This document shows, piece by piece, positions 1 through 8,816 of a stretch of DNA of 64,000 nucleotides; within the stretch, counting starts at the first letter, position 1, and each line of letters begins with the position of its first letter. A model generated the notes under the pieces. It ran no database searches. It was not told the DNA's origin and saw only the letters and a program-made list of their open reading frames with translations. A program made the translations under genes and the position numbers. Location: positions 124,001 to 188,000 of the IMG/VR virus record IMGVR_UViG_3300009011_000001. One strand, written 5' to 3'.

Positions 1-560
1 GCGCCTTCGAGCTTGTTGACTTTTTCTTTCAACTTCTCGGAGAGCTTTTTCAGGTTGGCCGTGGAGTTGCGGACCTTGTCGATCATGCTCATGAAGAAGT
101 CAGCCATTTGGGCGAAGATCTTCTTGATCCATTCCAGAATGCGGTTGACCACGCCTTCTTTCTTGGCTTCGGCTTCGGTCGAGTATTGCGCAGGAGTGGC
201 GCAGGATTCGAACGACGGCAGGACGGTGCAGAAACCGCCTGGGTGGCCCATGATGCGCAACACGCATTCAACGGAGACTTCCAGTTGCTTTGCAGCATCT
301 TCTGGAATGCCGTTCTCGCCGTAGATGGCGATGGTGTTGTCGACCAGATCCGACAGGCTATCGACGCCAGTGTCGCTCTGAACGATGTTATCAGAAGCTT
401 CGGTGATCTGACCGGATACTTCGGCTACTTCAGCAACGTCGCCGTCGACCGCTTCGGTCAATTCAACGATGTCACTTTCAAGGCTCAGCAGAGAAGCCTT
501 GTCTGCGGCGTTGCGTGCATCGGTAGTACGTTGAGCCAACGTGCCCATGATAGTGCTCAT
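1..560 (-). CDS. inner head (virion) protein, phiKZ-like paralog family; 3' end runs off the window
   Basis: Manual translation from ATG at 560 (MSTIMGTLAQR...SLLSLESDIVE...VLPSFESCA...VVNRILEWIKKIF). Acidic propeptide with SLE/SFE sites and a WIK helix also seen in 54646-57045. Confidence 0.75.
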   Translation of the reverse strand, partial: MSTIMGTLAQRTTDARNAADKASLLSLESDIVELTEAVDGDVAEVAEVSGQITEASDNIVQSDTGVDSLSDLVDNTIAIYGENGIPEDAAKQLEVSVECVLRIMGHPGGFCTVLPSFESCATPAQYSTEAEAKKEGVVNRILEWIKKIFAQMADFFMSMIDKVRNSTANLKKLSEKLKEKVNKLEG

Positions 561-679
561 TCCATTCCCCTAACTGTTTAATAGATCTTTGGTTGTTCGC
601 CGCAGTAAAAATAGAGTAGTCAATAATAACCCTGATACCCAGTCGTATGACCACCACATAAGATCGAAGGTTACCCTAC

Positions 680-1108
680 ATGATAGACTTTCTGTTGGCC
701 GACTTTATGTTTGATGCGCCTCTAGATAAGTACGTCGACACCGCGATCACTTACCAACTCGAGGACATCAGGTTCGACGTTACTGAGTACGGGAATCTTC
801 AGCCAACGTGCATCCTCTACAACGACAGTACCGATCCGGACCCAACCACATTTGTCCAGTTGCCCAATATCGACGTCTTGTTTAAGAAACGTCTATTGAT
901 TGGCGATATTGTTGACCATGATCTGAACCTGATCACTAGACCTGAGGATGCGTCGCCAGTACCCATCCCTAGGTGTTGCAAGCGTTGCGGGTTTAAGTTG
1001 TCCATTACCCATCAGAGAAAACTGATCATCAAATGTTTATACTGTCAACGGCAGAAGGAACGCCTAAATGAGTTTCCGTTTACTGAGTCCCGTCGGAATC
1101 ATTCCTAA
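680..1108 (+). CDS. hypothetical protein with C-terminal CxxC...CxxC zinc ribbon
   Basis: 142-aa ORF; CKRC and CLYC motifs. Confidence 0.6.
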   Translation: MIDFLLADFMFDAPLDKYVDTAITYQLEDIRFDVTEYGNLQPTCILYNDSTDPDPTTFVQLPNIDVLFKKRLLIGDIVDHDLNLITRPEDASPVPIPRCCKRCGFKLSITHQRKLIIKCLYCQRQKERLNEFPFTESRRNHS

Positions 1109-1505
1109 GGGCTCACTCATCGGCATGAGCGTTAACATGATGGGGACTGCAGGTACTGGACTTGCACTCTCTATCAGGGAACATCAACGATCTGTGTTTG
1201 ATCAGTACGTGAAAGCTTGCAGGCGAGGGACTATCAATACCGACACCATTGTCCTCGATGGTCTGCATCAGAAACTTCTATTGATGCCTATTAAAACGGG
1301 CTGTGTAAGTCATCCATCTCTGGAGATCATTGAAACATCTATTAAACGGTTGTGGCTCTACATGACCGAGAACAATATCGATACCGTCTATCTTCCAAAG
1401 CTGGGTTGTTCTGAAGGCCCACGCAGTCTTGATTTTGATGAGGACATCATTCCTTTACTTACGAAATACTTCCTCGATACCGACTTTACGATCTACATCT
1501 ATTAA
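1068..1505 (+). CDS. macrodomain (Poa1p/DarG-like ADP-ribose binding or hydrolase) protein, divergent
   Basis: VNMMGTAGTGLA...YVKAC...MPIK...TVYLPKLGC matches the macrodomain N-x-x-G-x-x-G-x-G and P-x-L-G-C motifs. Confidence 0.65.
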   Translation: MSFRLLSPVGIIPKGSLIGMSVNMMGTAGTGLALSIREHQRSVFDQYVKACRRGTINTDTIVLDGLHQKLLLMPIKTGCVSHPSLEIIETSIKRLWLYMTENNIDTVYLPKLGCSEGPRSLDFDEDIIPLLTKYFLDTDFTIYIY

Positions 1506-1508
1506 CGA

Positions 1509-1540
1509 CATACAGCCAGCCCATAGGGGCTGGCTGTATG
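1509..1540 (+). terminator. CATA...TATG-closed hairpin terminator
   Basis: CATACAGCCAGCCC-ATAG-GGGCTGGCTGTATG; arms identical to 4154-4185. Confidence 0.8.
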
Positions 1541-1567
1541 CTGTATTTATCACATCTAAAAAATCTT

Positions 1568-1581
1568 CAGTCACACATTGC
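1568..1581 (+). promoter_or_regulatory. putative early promoter motif
   Basis: CAGTCACACATTGC, a variant of the recurrent motif. Confidence 0.55.
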
Positions 1582-1634
1582 ACAACTGAATCAAACCCAC
1601 CCTGTTCTTAGGGTTCCGTTGTAGGAGTATAGAC

Positions 1635-1748
1635 ATGAAAGAAGTTACCTTCTTGGCGATCGGTCTCTGTATCGGTCTGTACATTGGCCGTCTGAAAAAC
1701 GCAGTCAATAAGGAGGTCAAGCAACCTTGCCCATGTCCTAAAACTTAA
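1635..1748 (+). CDS. small membrane protein (37 aa)
   Basis: AGGAG RBS; MKEVTFLAIGLCIGLYIGRLKNAVNKEVKQPCPCPKT. Confidence 0.65.
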   Translation: MKEVTFLAIGLCIGLYIGRLKNAVNKEVKQPCPCPKT

Positions 1749-1800
1749 GCGCTAAACTGCGGGACGCCATACCGTCCCGCATATTCAGAGGAGTTCCACC

Positions 1801-2283
1801 ATGTTTACAGTTACTCAGAAATACCTTGTAAAGCTGCGTGCCGAGTTCGCACGACTGGATCCGGCTGTCTTCGATAAAGGCATGTGGCAAATCTGCCGTG
1901 CTCTGAACAAGATGCCTGATCTCGTTACCGCGTCCTGCTGCTCGGGCCATGGCGAGCCTGAAAGCACCGCCACTGGTGATTTCTACATCGTCCTGCATGC
2001 AAGCTCTGAGAAGGGCGAGCGTAGCATCGCCAATCTGTACGAATGGTGGTGCAAGTTCCTGGGTACGCAAGTGCTCACGAACGAAGGGATGATGCCGATC
2101 CACCAAACCACCAAACTCGAAGTCAATCGAATCCACGATCGTTTCGAAGAAGGTGAGATCGTCTATGCGTACACGCTCCGTGCCCGCGTCGACAACGATA
2201 TCAACAATTCCGAGCGTCACATCGTTGCCTTTACGAAGGCGGCCGAACGCCTGGGTTTTCTTGATAATCGAAAGACAGCTTAA
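1801..2283 (+). CDS. hypothetical protein with a TYW3-like T-x-S-C-x-x-G-H motif
   Basis: GAGGAG RBS; LNKMPDLVTASCCSGH. Confidence 0.55.
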   Translation: MFTVTQKYLVKLRAEFARLDPAVFDKGMWQICRALNKMPDLVTASCCSGHGEPESTATGDFYIVLHASSEKGERSIANLYEWWCKFLGTQVLTNEGMMPIHQTTKLEVNRIHDRFEEGEIVYAYTLRARVDNDINNSERHIVAFTKAAERLGFLDNRKTA

Positions 2284-2339
2284 GTCCATCGGTGGACAGT
2301 GAGCTAATCTAACATCCTTTCAAGTCCTTAGGAGGACAC

Positions 2340-2468
2340 ATGAAACAATTCAAAATGGCTTTTCTTGGTTTGGTGTTGGGCGTTGTTGGTGCCGTTGGTT
2401 ATTCCAATGGCATCTTTGACGAAGCAGGTCAGGCAAAAGCCGCTCACGCGGCCTTCGCTAAATCGTAG
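2340..2468 (+). CDS. small membrane protein (42 aa)
   Basis: AGGAGG RBS; MKQFKMAFLGLVLGVVGAVGY... Confidence 0.7.
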   Translation: MKQFKMAFLGLVLGVVGAVGYSNGIFDEAGQAKAAHAAFAKS

Positions 2469-2481
2469 TTAAAAAAGCTAC

Positions 2482-2494
2482 AAGTACACATTAC
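2482..2494 (+). promoter_or_regulatory. putative early promoter motif
   Basis: AAGTACACATTAC. Confidence 0.6.
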
Positions 2495-2536
2495 TGACGT
2501 AGATGTGATCCATCTTTTGATCTCTGGAGAAGTACC

Positions 2537-2656
2537 ATGCTTAACATCATCGGTCGTATCGCAACTTCCGTTGTAATCGTTGTCGTGTCCTGCATCATCG
2601 TGGACCAAATCAACAAGCATCACCTGGTCGACAAAGCTGTAGAAAAACTGTCGTAA
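2537..2656 (+). CDS. small membrane protein (39 aa)
   Basis: GGAG RBS; MLNIIGRIATSVVIVVVSCIIVDQ... Confidence 0.65.
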   Translation: MLNIIGRIATSVVIVVVSCIIVDQINKHHLVDKAVEKLS

Positions 2657-2716
2657 TGCTTTGCGCTAAAACAGCTAACCTTTCGCAATAGAAAATCTGT
2701 CCTAGGAGGACTTTGA

Positions 2717-3079
2717 ATGTCTACTCTCGATATCGTTCTGTGCTTGTCGAACATCGCAATGCTGGTTTTCATGGGCGTGGTTGCAAAGACCATGCTCAAG
2801 AAGGGCGTGGCACTCAAAGAAGTAATCATGGATCTGTGCGCCGTCTTCACCTTCACCATGGGTGAGGACCACAAGGCCACAGTTGCGTCGGTCGTGTCGG
2901 TCGTACTCGGTATGATCGTCTTCAACTACTTCTGGCCAGTTCCAGTCTACACAGGCATGTGGATTGTGTTCTGGGTAGTCGGCTGGATTCTGCAAGCCTA
3001 CGTTCGCCTTAGCACTGGCACGCCATTCGGCAACATGGGTCTGTGGGGCATCAAAGCCATCGCTTCATTCATGAAGTAA
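2717..3079 (+). CDS. multi-pass membrane protein
   Basis: AGGAGG RBS; 3-4 hydrophobic segments. Confidence 0.75.
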   Translation: MSTLDIVLCLSNIAMLVFMGVVAKTMLKKGVALKEVIMDLCAVFTFTMGEDHKATVASVVSVVLGMIVFNYFWPVPVYTGMWIVFWVVGWILQAYVRLSTGTPFGNMGLWGIKAIASFMK

Positions 3080-3086
3080 AATGTAT

Positions 3087-3128
3087 GGGGACCTTCGGGT
3101 CCCCGGTACATTCCCATCTTTTTTTTTT
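3087..3128 (+). terminator. intrinsic terminator
   Basis: GGGGACC-TTCG-GGTCCCC followed by a T-tract. Confidence 0.75.
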
Positions 3129-3142
3129 GTCGTAAGGACGCC

Positions 3143-4150
3143 ATGATGCCCAGTTCCAGTAAGAGCCAGTATAAGCTGATGCAGTTCGCTGCTATCAATA
3201 AAGAATTTGCAGAAAAGAAGGGCATCAAACAAGAGACGGCAAAAGAGTGGCATGCTGCCGATCAGGCCAAGAAGAAAGAAGATCCGACCTGGTACGACAA
3301 CCTTCCTGAGAAGTTTGAAAAGAAAAAGAAAGATCGTGGCGAATCAATGGAAGGGTTCCAGTCCTGGCTCTTCCATCTGGTTACTGGCGGTACATTCAAG
3401 GACTCCGACCCTGACCATCCCGACTACTACAAAGAAAAAGAACTCAGCGCTATCGAGAAGATGATCAAGGATGAGAAGATCCTTGACAAGATCGAAATGC
3501 GCGAAGGCAAGATCGATGTCAAGAACATCAATAGCCATTTGCTATTGCGCCACTTCAACGAGTCGAATTGGCTGAGCGAGCTGGAGAAGGGCGTCCTTCA
3601 GATCGACAACTACGCCAACAAGTTCTTCGATGCCCGCCTGCGCTACAGCGACGCTATGCGCAAGGTGTACGAGAAGTGCGAAACCATGAAGCCACAGGAT
3701 GCTTTGGACTACGCCCTTAAGGCCGTACCTCCACTGAAGATGAAGTTGGATGCCATCTCCCCTCCGACCTTCCTGCTGGCAATCAACTCCGAGAAGAAGA
3801 CTCACGGCTACAAGTTCACGGAAGCTAACCCCGGCCCAAGTCCTTTCTACATGGAAGCGCTGTCCAAGGGTCAAGTGAAGAAGCTCTTGACGCTGATGCC
3901 TCACCTGTTCCAAATGGACGGGTTTGGTAACTACGAGCTGGAACATCTGTATTGGACTCTGGACGATACTGACGAACACAAGTGGTGGGCGCATCACTAT
4001 CCTGATGATGACCACATCTGGAGCAAGATGCTGAACCTGTTCCCTTACGCTGGTGAGTTTGATGAGTACGATTACGAGACTCCTCTGAACACCATCATCA
4101 CGAAGATCCGTCGTGGCTGCGAAGAGTTGATCAACAAGTCTGTGAAGTGA
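3143..4150 (+). CDS. probable virion head protein with cleavable N-terminal segment
   Basis: GESMEG site (S-x-E); C-terminal domain resembles the C-terminus of 57096-60521 (ALSKGQV vs ALNAEQI; both end in SVK). Confidence 0.55.
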   Translation: MMPSSSKSQYKLMQFAAINKEFAEKKGIKQETAKEWHAADQAKKKEDPTWYDNLPEKFEKKKKDRGESMEGFQSWLFHLVTGGTFKDSDPDHPDYYKEKELSAIEKMIKDEKILDKIEMREGKIDVKNINSHLLLRHFNESNWLSELEKGVLQIDNYANKFFDARLRYSDAMRKVYEKCETMKPQDALDYALKAVPPLKMKLDAISPPTFLLAINSEKKTHGYKFTEANPGPSPFYMEALSKGQVKKLLTLMPHLFQMDGFGNYELEHLYWTLDDTDEHKWWAHHYPDDDHIWSKMLNLFPYAGEFDEYDYETPLNTIITKIRRGCEELINKSVK

Positions 4151-4153
4151 TAT

Positions 4154-4185
4154 CATACAGCCAGCCCGCAAGGGCTGGCTGTATG
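4154..4185 (+). terminator. CATA...TATG-closed hairpin terminator
   Basis: CATACAGCCAGCCC-GCAA-GGGCTGGCTGTATG. Confidence 0.8.
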
Positions 4186-4200
4186 CTGCTTAAGTATTTT

Positions 4201-4214
4201 GAGTAATACATTAT
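4201..4214 (+). promoter_or_regulatory. putative early promoter motif
   Basis: GAGTAATACATTAT. Confidence 0.6.
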
Positions 4215-4258
4215 TCGCTTGAACGTCTCGTTCCCAACTAAACAAGGATTTGATTTAA

Positions 4259-4666
4259 ATGCGTCCACTTAAACAAGCTATCTACTCTTCCCGTACTGCA
4301 GACAAGTTCGTTATCCGTCTGCCGGATGGCATGCGTGAACGTATCGCCGAAGTTGCCCGTACCCATCACCGTAGCATGAACTCTGAAATCATCGCTCGGT
4401 TGGAACAAAGCCTTATTCAGGAGGAGAAAGAAAAGAACCCAGCAATGATCGTCGGTCCAGGCGATGATGTCCTGATGCCTGCTGTTGATGCGTGGGTCCC
4501 TGTAGCCGGCATGCTCGTCTGCGAGCGTCTGGATACGTCGAAAGTTTACGGCATTAAAGATTTCGATGTGGATAAAGATGGTAAGCTGTATGCCGTCCTC
4601 GGTTCCCTTAAAGGAGAAGAAGCCAAGATGCTGATTGGGCATCTGCAACCGTTCGTTGTAACTTAA
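4259..4666 (+). CDS. amrZ: AmrZ-like Arc/ribbon-helix-helix regulator with a non-AmrZ C-terminal domain
   Basis: First ~55 aa ([52 protein letters not shown]) are nearly identical to the Pseudomonas AmrZ/AlgZ N-terminus as I recall it. Confidence 0.9.
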   Translation: MRPLKQAIYSSRTADKFVIRLPDGMRERIAEVARTHHRSMNSEIIARLEQSLIQEEKEKNPAMIVGPGDDVLMPAVDAWVPVAGMLVCERLDTSKVYGIKDFDVDKDGKLYAVLGSLKGEEAKMLIGHLQPFVVT

Positions 4667-4729
4667 TTTTGTAAATTGTTAGTCCCTCAGGTGATTGTAT
4701 AACAGCACAAAACCACCTGAGGTTTATCC

Positions 4730-5377
4730 ATGCACAAAGGCTTGTTTGTCTCCCTAGAAGGGGGTGAAGGAACAGGTAAGACAACGCAGCGCGAGAAGGT
4801 AGCCGATCACTTCTCAGCGCTGGGTTTGAACGTTGTCAGAACCCGAGAGCCAGGCGGCACCCCTCTGGCTGAAAGGTTCCGCGACATCCTCCTGTCGGAA
4901 CATGACGAAGAGATGAGCGCCAAATGCGAAACGTTGTTGTTCTATGCTGCTCGCGAACAGCATCTGGCGCAAGTAATTCGTCCGCACCTCAACGAGGGCG
5001 CTTTGGTCATCTGCGATCGTTTTGCAGATACCACCGAAGCCTACCAGATGGCTGGCGGTAAAATGGATCCAGATTTCATCAGCGGTCTGCGCAAGCACAT
5101 CGTCGGTGAAACTGAACCTGATCTCGTCATCGTCCTTGTGATGGATGTCGAGAAAGCTTTCCTGCGCGCAGCCGCACGCGGTACGCTCAATCGCATGGAA
5201 GGTAAAGGTCTGGACTACTACAAGGCTGCCCAAGAGCACTTTGTGAAGCTAGCCCACCAGCCTAACTCCCCCTCCTCTTACGCGATCATCAGTGCCGACC
5301 AACCTATCGAGGCGATCTCTGAGCAGATCATCCAAGAAGTGCAGTTGGCGTGGGATCGTAAACACGGCAAGTTCTAA
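4730..5377 (+). CDS. tmk: thymidylate (dTMP) kinase
   Basis: EGGEGTGKTT P-loop, REPGGT, LFYAAR, CDRF motifs. Confidence 0.95.
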   Translation: MHKGLFVSLEGGEGTGKTTQREKVADHFSALGLNVVRTREPGGTPLAERFRDILLSEHDEEMSAKCETLLFYAAREQHLAQVIRPHLNEGALVICDRFADTTEAYQMAGGKMDPDFISGLRKHIVGETEPDLVIVLVMDVEKAFLRAAARGTLNRMEGKGLDYYKAAQEHFVKLAHQPNSPSSYAIISADQPIEAISEQIIQEVQLAWDRKHGKF

Positions 5378-5407
5378 AAACACAACGACCATGATTGGAG
5401 CAACCTG

Positions 5408-6109
5408 ATGTCCGAAGTAATCAGTAAACCAGAAGTAACCATCGGTATCGACAAGTCGGAAGTGTTCTACCGCTTGCCTGCTGATGCGGCCGGTATGATC
5501 CATCTCGACGTGCGCAAGTTCTTGGACAGCGTGTCCCGTTTCGCTTCTGTTCAGGAACGCGAGCTGCTGGAAAACGATCGGACCAAGCTTCACCCGATCA
5601 ACTACAACGCTATCGTGCGCGTTACGCCGAAACTGACAGGCGGCAACGACTTTGCGTTCCTGGTCTATCAGCGTCCAGCGAAAGGCAACAGCGAAGCGCG
5701 TCTGTCAGGCAACCACTCCATCGGTATCGGTGGTCACCCTGATCGTGCCGACGTTGTCTACAACGACAACAGTTCGATCAACCTGTACCAGTCGGCCGTG
5801 GCCGGCGCCAAGCGCGAAAACCGAGAAGAAGTCACTCTGTCCGAAGGCACTTCCTCGATCAAGTTCCAGGGCGTGATCTACGATCCGAGCAACGACGTCG
5901 GCCGTTACCATCTCGGCCTGTTCGGCATTTCGTTCGTCGGCCCAGGCTGCACCATTCAGACCAACGAAAACCAAATCCTCAATCCTCACTGGATGGATGC
6001 GGAGAAGTACAACAACGGCGAGTACAACTTTGAGAACTGGTCGAAGATCATTCTCGAATCGCTTAACCAGAGCGATCTGGAAAAGGGTATCGCCGCCGCT
6101 TTGGCATAA
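5408..6109 (+). CDS. NUDIX-family phosphoesterase (YmaB-like)
   Basis: YQR...EARL...SIGIGGH...AKRENREEV (Nudix-like REx2EE), VGRYHLG. Confidence 0.8.
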   Translation: MSEVISKPEVTIGIDKSEVFYRLPADAAGMIHLDVRKFLDSVSRFASVQERELLENDRTKLHPINYNAIVRVTPKLTGGNDFAFLVYQRPAKGNSEARLSGNHSIGIGGHPDRADVVYNDNSSINLYQSAVAGAKRENREEVTLSEGTSSIKFQGVIYDPSNDVGRYHLGLFGISFVGPGCTIQTNENQILNPHWMDAEKYNNGEYNFENWSKIILESLNQSDLEKGIAAALA

Positions 6110-6162
6110 CGAATAGGCACGGGCTTCGGCCCGTGCTTTCTGCCCTTTATAAAGGAATCTTC

Positions 6163-6408
6163 ATGGAGCAGACTAAGTTTGTCTCGCTGGTCGAATCTGC
6201 TACAAACATGTTTATCAGTTACACTACGGCGATATTGGCTCAGGTCATTATCTTCCCATTCTACGACGTTCACGTTCAGCTGCATGAGAACATGTCGATG
6301 GCTTTGATCTTCGCCATCATCGGTTTCTTCCGCAACTACGGCGTTCGTCGCCTGTTCAACGCAGCACCATGGGTTAAGTTCAAAGGGGCAAAGAATGCGC
6401 AAAATTGA
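6163..6408 (+). CDS. small membrane protein
   Basis: AAGGA RBS; two hydrophobic helices; QTK..SLVE..N...RNYGVRRLFN pattern common in phages. Confidence 0.7.
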   Translation: MEQTKFVSLVESATNMFISYTTAILAQVIIFPFYDVHVQLHENMSMALIFAIIGFFRNYGVRRLFNAAPWVKFKGAKNAQN

Positions 6409-8353
6409 TTCGCAGTACAAAGATCTGTATCGCTTCATTCTTCAGCAAGGTCTGGCCAAGGCTAGCCGCACCGATATCGGCACTACGTCGGCGCTGGGCG
6501 GCTGGATGCGTTTCGATTTGCGTGACGATATCCTCCCGATCACGTCTCTGCGTCTGGTGCGCGAAGAGAAGTTCATCGGGGAGCAACTCTGGTTCGTCTC
6601 CGGCGATCCTTCGATCAAGTTCCTGAAGGACAACAACATCAGCATCTGGGATAGCTGGTTCATCCCAGGAACTGCCGTCTACGAAGACGAACAGCAATGG
6701 CGCCCAATTGTTGATGTGTTGCGGGAAGTATTCCGTTTGAAAATGGGCACTCAAATTTCAAACGATATCGTTTGCCACAAGCTGGCTACCGATACAGGCA
6801 TCTTTGCATTCCACGATCTCTTGTTCTGCATGGGGCTGGAAGATGGAGCTGATCACGTTAATCAGATCCATACCGAAAATGAATGCAACGGCTTCTCGAA
6901 AGAACAGATCGATGCCATTCGTACTCGTGCGACGGCGCTGGGCGTTGATGTGTCCTACTTGCCGAAGAAACCAATCGGCATTATCCAGCGTATTGCGCTG
7001 GCTAACGAAATGGGTCTGGGCGAAGAACTGTTCGAGTATTGCGACGGTCCAATGCCTCGTGAAGAAAAGGACACGATGTACGCGGAAGTAAACGTACAGT
7101 TGTGTCCAGAATTCACCGGCCCGTGGGATCTGTACCAATCCGAACTCGACCACATCGCCGAGTGGCTGACTTCGAAGAACGTTCCTACCGAAGTTCCTGC
7201 GCCACTAAAACCTGTCAGCCTGCAGACTCGTCTGAACCGGATCGACAAGAGCCAGTTCGGTCAGTGGAGCGCGATCAACCAGATCGTCTTCCCGCCTGTA
7301 GAAATGACGGCTGAACCAGCTCCTGAAGTCCGCACCAAAAAAGATGTCTTCGGCGAAGACGTTGTGGTGACGGCAGCGGCTGTGGAGGAAGAACCTCAGC
7401 CGAAACACACGCAGATCGAGATCTACTTCGAAGGTCGTTTCCAGAAAGTCGACATCAGCAAAGAACAGGCTGACGACATCTGGGAAATGATGGACATCAT
7501 GAAGATCCCGGCCTACCGTCTGGTCGACGCCAACATCGGCAAGGGTGGCTACGGCCCTCAGTGGCGTAACTGGCAGGACACTCAGATCGTTGACGGTTCT
7601 GAAGTTGAGCTGTACAAGTCCAAAGGTTACGAGTATGTCACTGAAGTAGACGACCTTGACTTCGGTCATCGTTTCTACGGAAAGGTGGTCATGCACCGCG
7701 ACATCGATCAGTTGGCAAATATGATCGATCTGCTGAAGACCGATCCGGACAACCGCCGCATCATCGTGTCTGCATGGAACCCGGGTCGTACTTGGCAGGC
7801 GGCTCTGCCTCCTTGCCACCTGTACTACCAGTGCGTGACCTACGAGAAAGATCTGCGTGACTACGAGGAAGACTTCGCGAAGCGCGATCTGACCGACAAG
7901 TATCTCGTCGGCCTGACTTCGATTCACGAAGGTGGCGAGCTCGATCCGGAAGATCCTGAAATCGAGAAGAAGTTCTTCGCTGCTGCGAAAGCCTTCGCTA
8001 TCGAGAATGGCATTCCGACTCGTTGGATCAGCATGGGTGTGGTACTGCGCAGCTGGGATACTCCGGCTGGTGGTGTGTTCAACACTCCGCAATACGCGGT
8101 GCTGTTGCGCATGATTGCTCATGTAACCAACATGGATGCTCGTGAACTGTTCATCGTTGGTATCGATGCGCATATTTACGACAACCAAATGGAAGCCATC
8201 GACGAGGTCATTTATACCGACTCTCCAGATGACTGCCCGCGTCTGTTCATCAAACGCGATGTTCAATCGATCGACGACTTCAACATCAGCGACTTCGAGC
8301 TGGTTGGTTATAACCCCGTGCCTAACACGAAGGTCATGCCGATCGCTCGCTAA
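6395..8353 (+). CDS. thyA: thymidylate synthase with large insertions
   Basis: RT.IGT, E.LWF, IWDSW, YGPQWRNW, RRIIVSAWNP, LPPCH, RS.D...FN, DAHIY. Confidence 0.95.
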   Translation: MRKIDSQYKDLYRFILQQGLAKASRTDIGTTSALGGWMRFDLRDDILPITSLRLVREEKFIGEQLWFVSGDPSIKFLKDNNISIWDSWFIPGTAVYEDEQQWRPIVDVLREVFRLKMGTQISNDIVCHKLATDTGIFAFHDLLFCMGLEDGADHVNQIHTENECNGFSKEQIDAIRTRATALGVDVSYLPKKPIGIIQRIALANEMGLGEELFEYCDGPMPREEKDTMYAEVNVQLCPEFTGPWDLYQSELDHIAEWLTSKNVPTEVPAPLKPVSLQTRLNRIDKSQFGQWSAINQIVFPPVEMTAEPAPEVRTKKDVFGEDVVVTAAAVEEEPQPKHTQIEIYFEGRFQKVDISKEQADDIWEMMDIMKIPAYRLVDANIGKGGYGPQWRNWQDTQIVDGSEVELYKSKGYEYVTEVDDLDFGHRFYGKVVMHRDIDQLANMIDLLKTDPDNRRIIVSAWNPGRTWQAALPPCHLYYQCVTYEKDLRDYEEDFAKRDLTDKYLVGLTSIHEGGELDPEDPEIEKKFFAAAKAFAIENGIPTRWISMGVVLRSWDTPAGGVFNTPQYAVLLRMIAHVTNMDARELFIVGIDAHIYDNQMEAIDEVIYTDSPDDCPRLFIKRDVQSIDDFNISDFELVGYNPVPNTKVMPIAR

Positions 8354-8400
8354 CGTTCAGTGCCTCAAGGACGAGGCCCCCTATTTCTGAGAGGAACACA

Positions 8401-8811
8401 ATGAATATCAATCCAACACCACCGGTCTTCATTCGGCCCGATAGCTGCTACATCTGGTGGACCATGCAGGGCGATTGCGAAAGCGCCATGCGCTCGACAG
8501 AGTCTTACGTTAACGGTAAGTCGATGGCCGCCTCCAAAGCACCGGGCGGGAGTACCATTCCGCCATACGTCTTGGAGAATCTCTCCCGCCGCAACGGCCG
8601 TAACGCTCAAGGCACGGTCTGGGGGTTTGGTGCTCTCGTCGACATCAACGAGATCCTCAAAGACAAGTGGAACAACAACGATTCTTTCCACCGTTTACTT
8701 CAGCGGTACGCCGGCGGGGTTTTGTTCCGTAAGGTCGACGCCCCAGCCATTTTCGCCAATGTCGGGTTCGTGACGGACATTGACCTCAAACTGATTATTC
8801 CAAAGGACTGA
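8401..8811 (+). CDS. hypothetical protein
   Basis: GAGGA RBS; operon-style packing. Confidence 0.7.
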   Translation: MNINPTPPVFIRPDSCYIWWTMQGDCESAMRSTESYVNGKSMAASKAPGGSTIPPYVLENLSRRNGRNAQGTVWGFGALVDINEILKDKWNNNDSFHRLLQRYAGGVLFRKVDAPAIFANVGFVTDIDLKLIIPKD

Positions 8812-8816
8812 GTACG

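Noticed and set aside
6660-7530. ThyA insertion as an intein or intron
   Set aside because: There is no N-terminal C/S with a C-terminal HN-C/S/T junction and no LAGLIDADG motif, and the frame is continuous.
6395-8353. ThyA-family enzyme as a dCMP hydroxymethylase
   Set aside because: The specificity residue is Asn (VFN) as in dUMP enzymes, and tmk and dcd fit ordinary dTTP synthesis.
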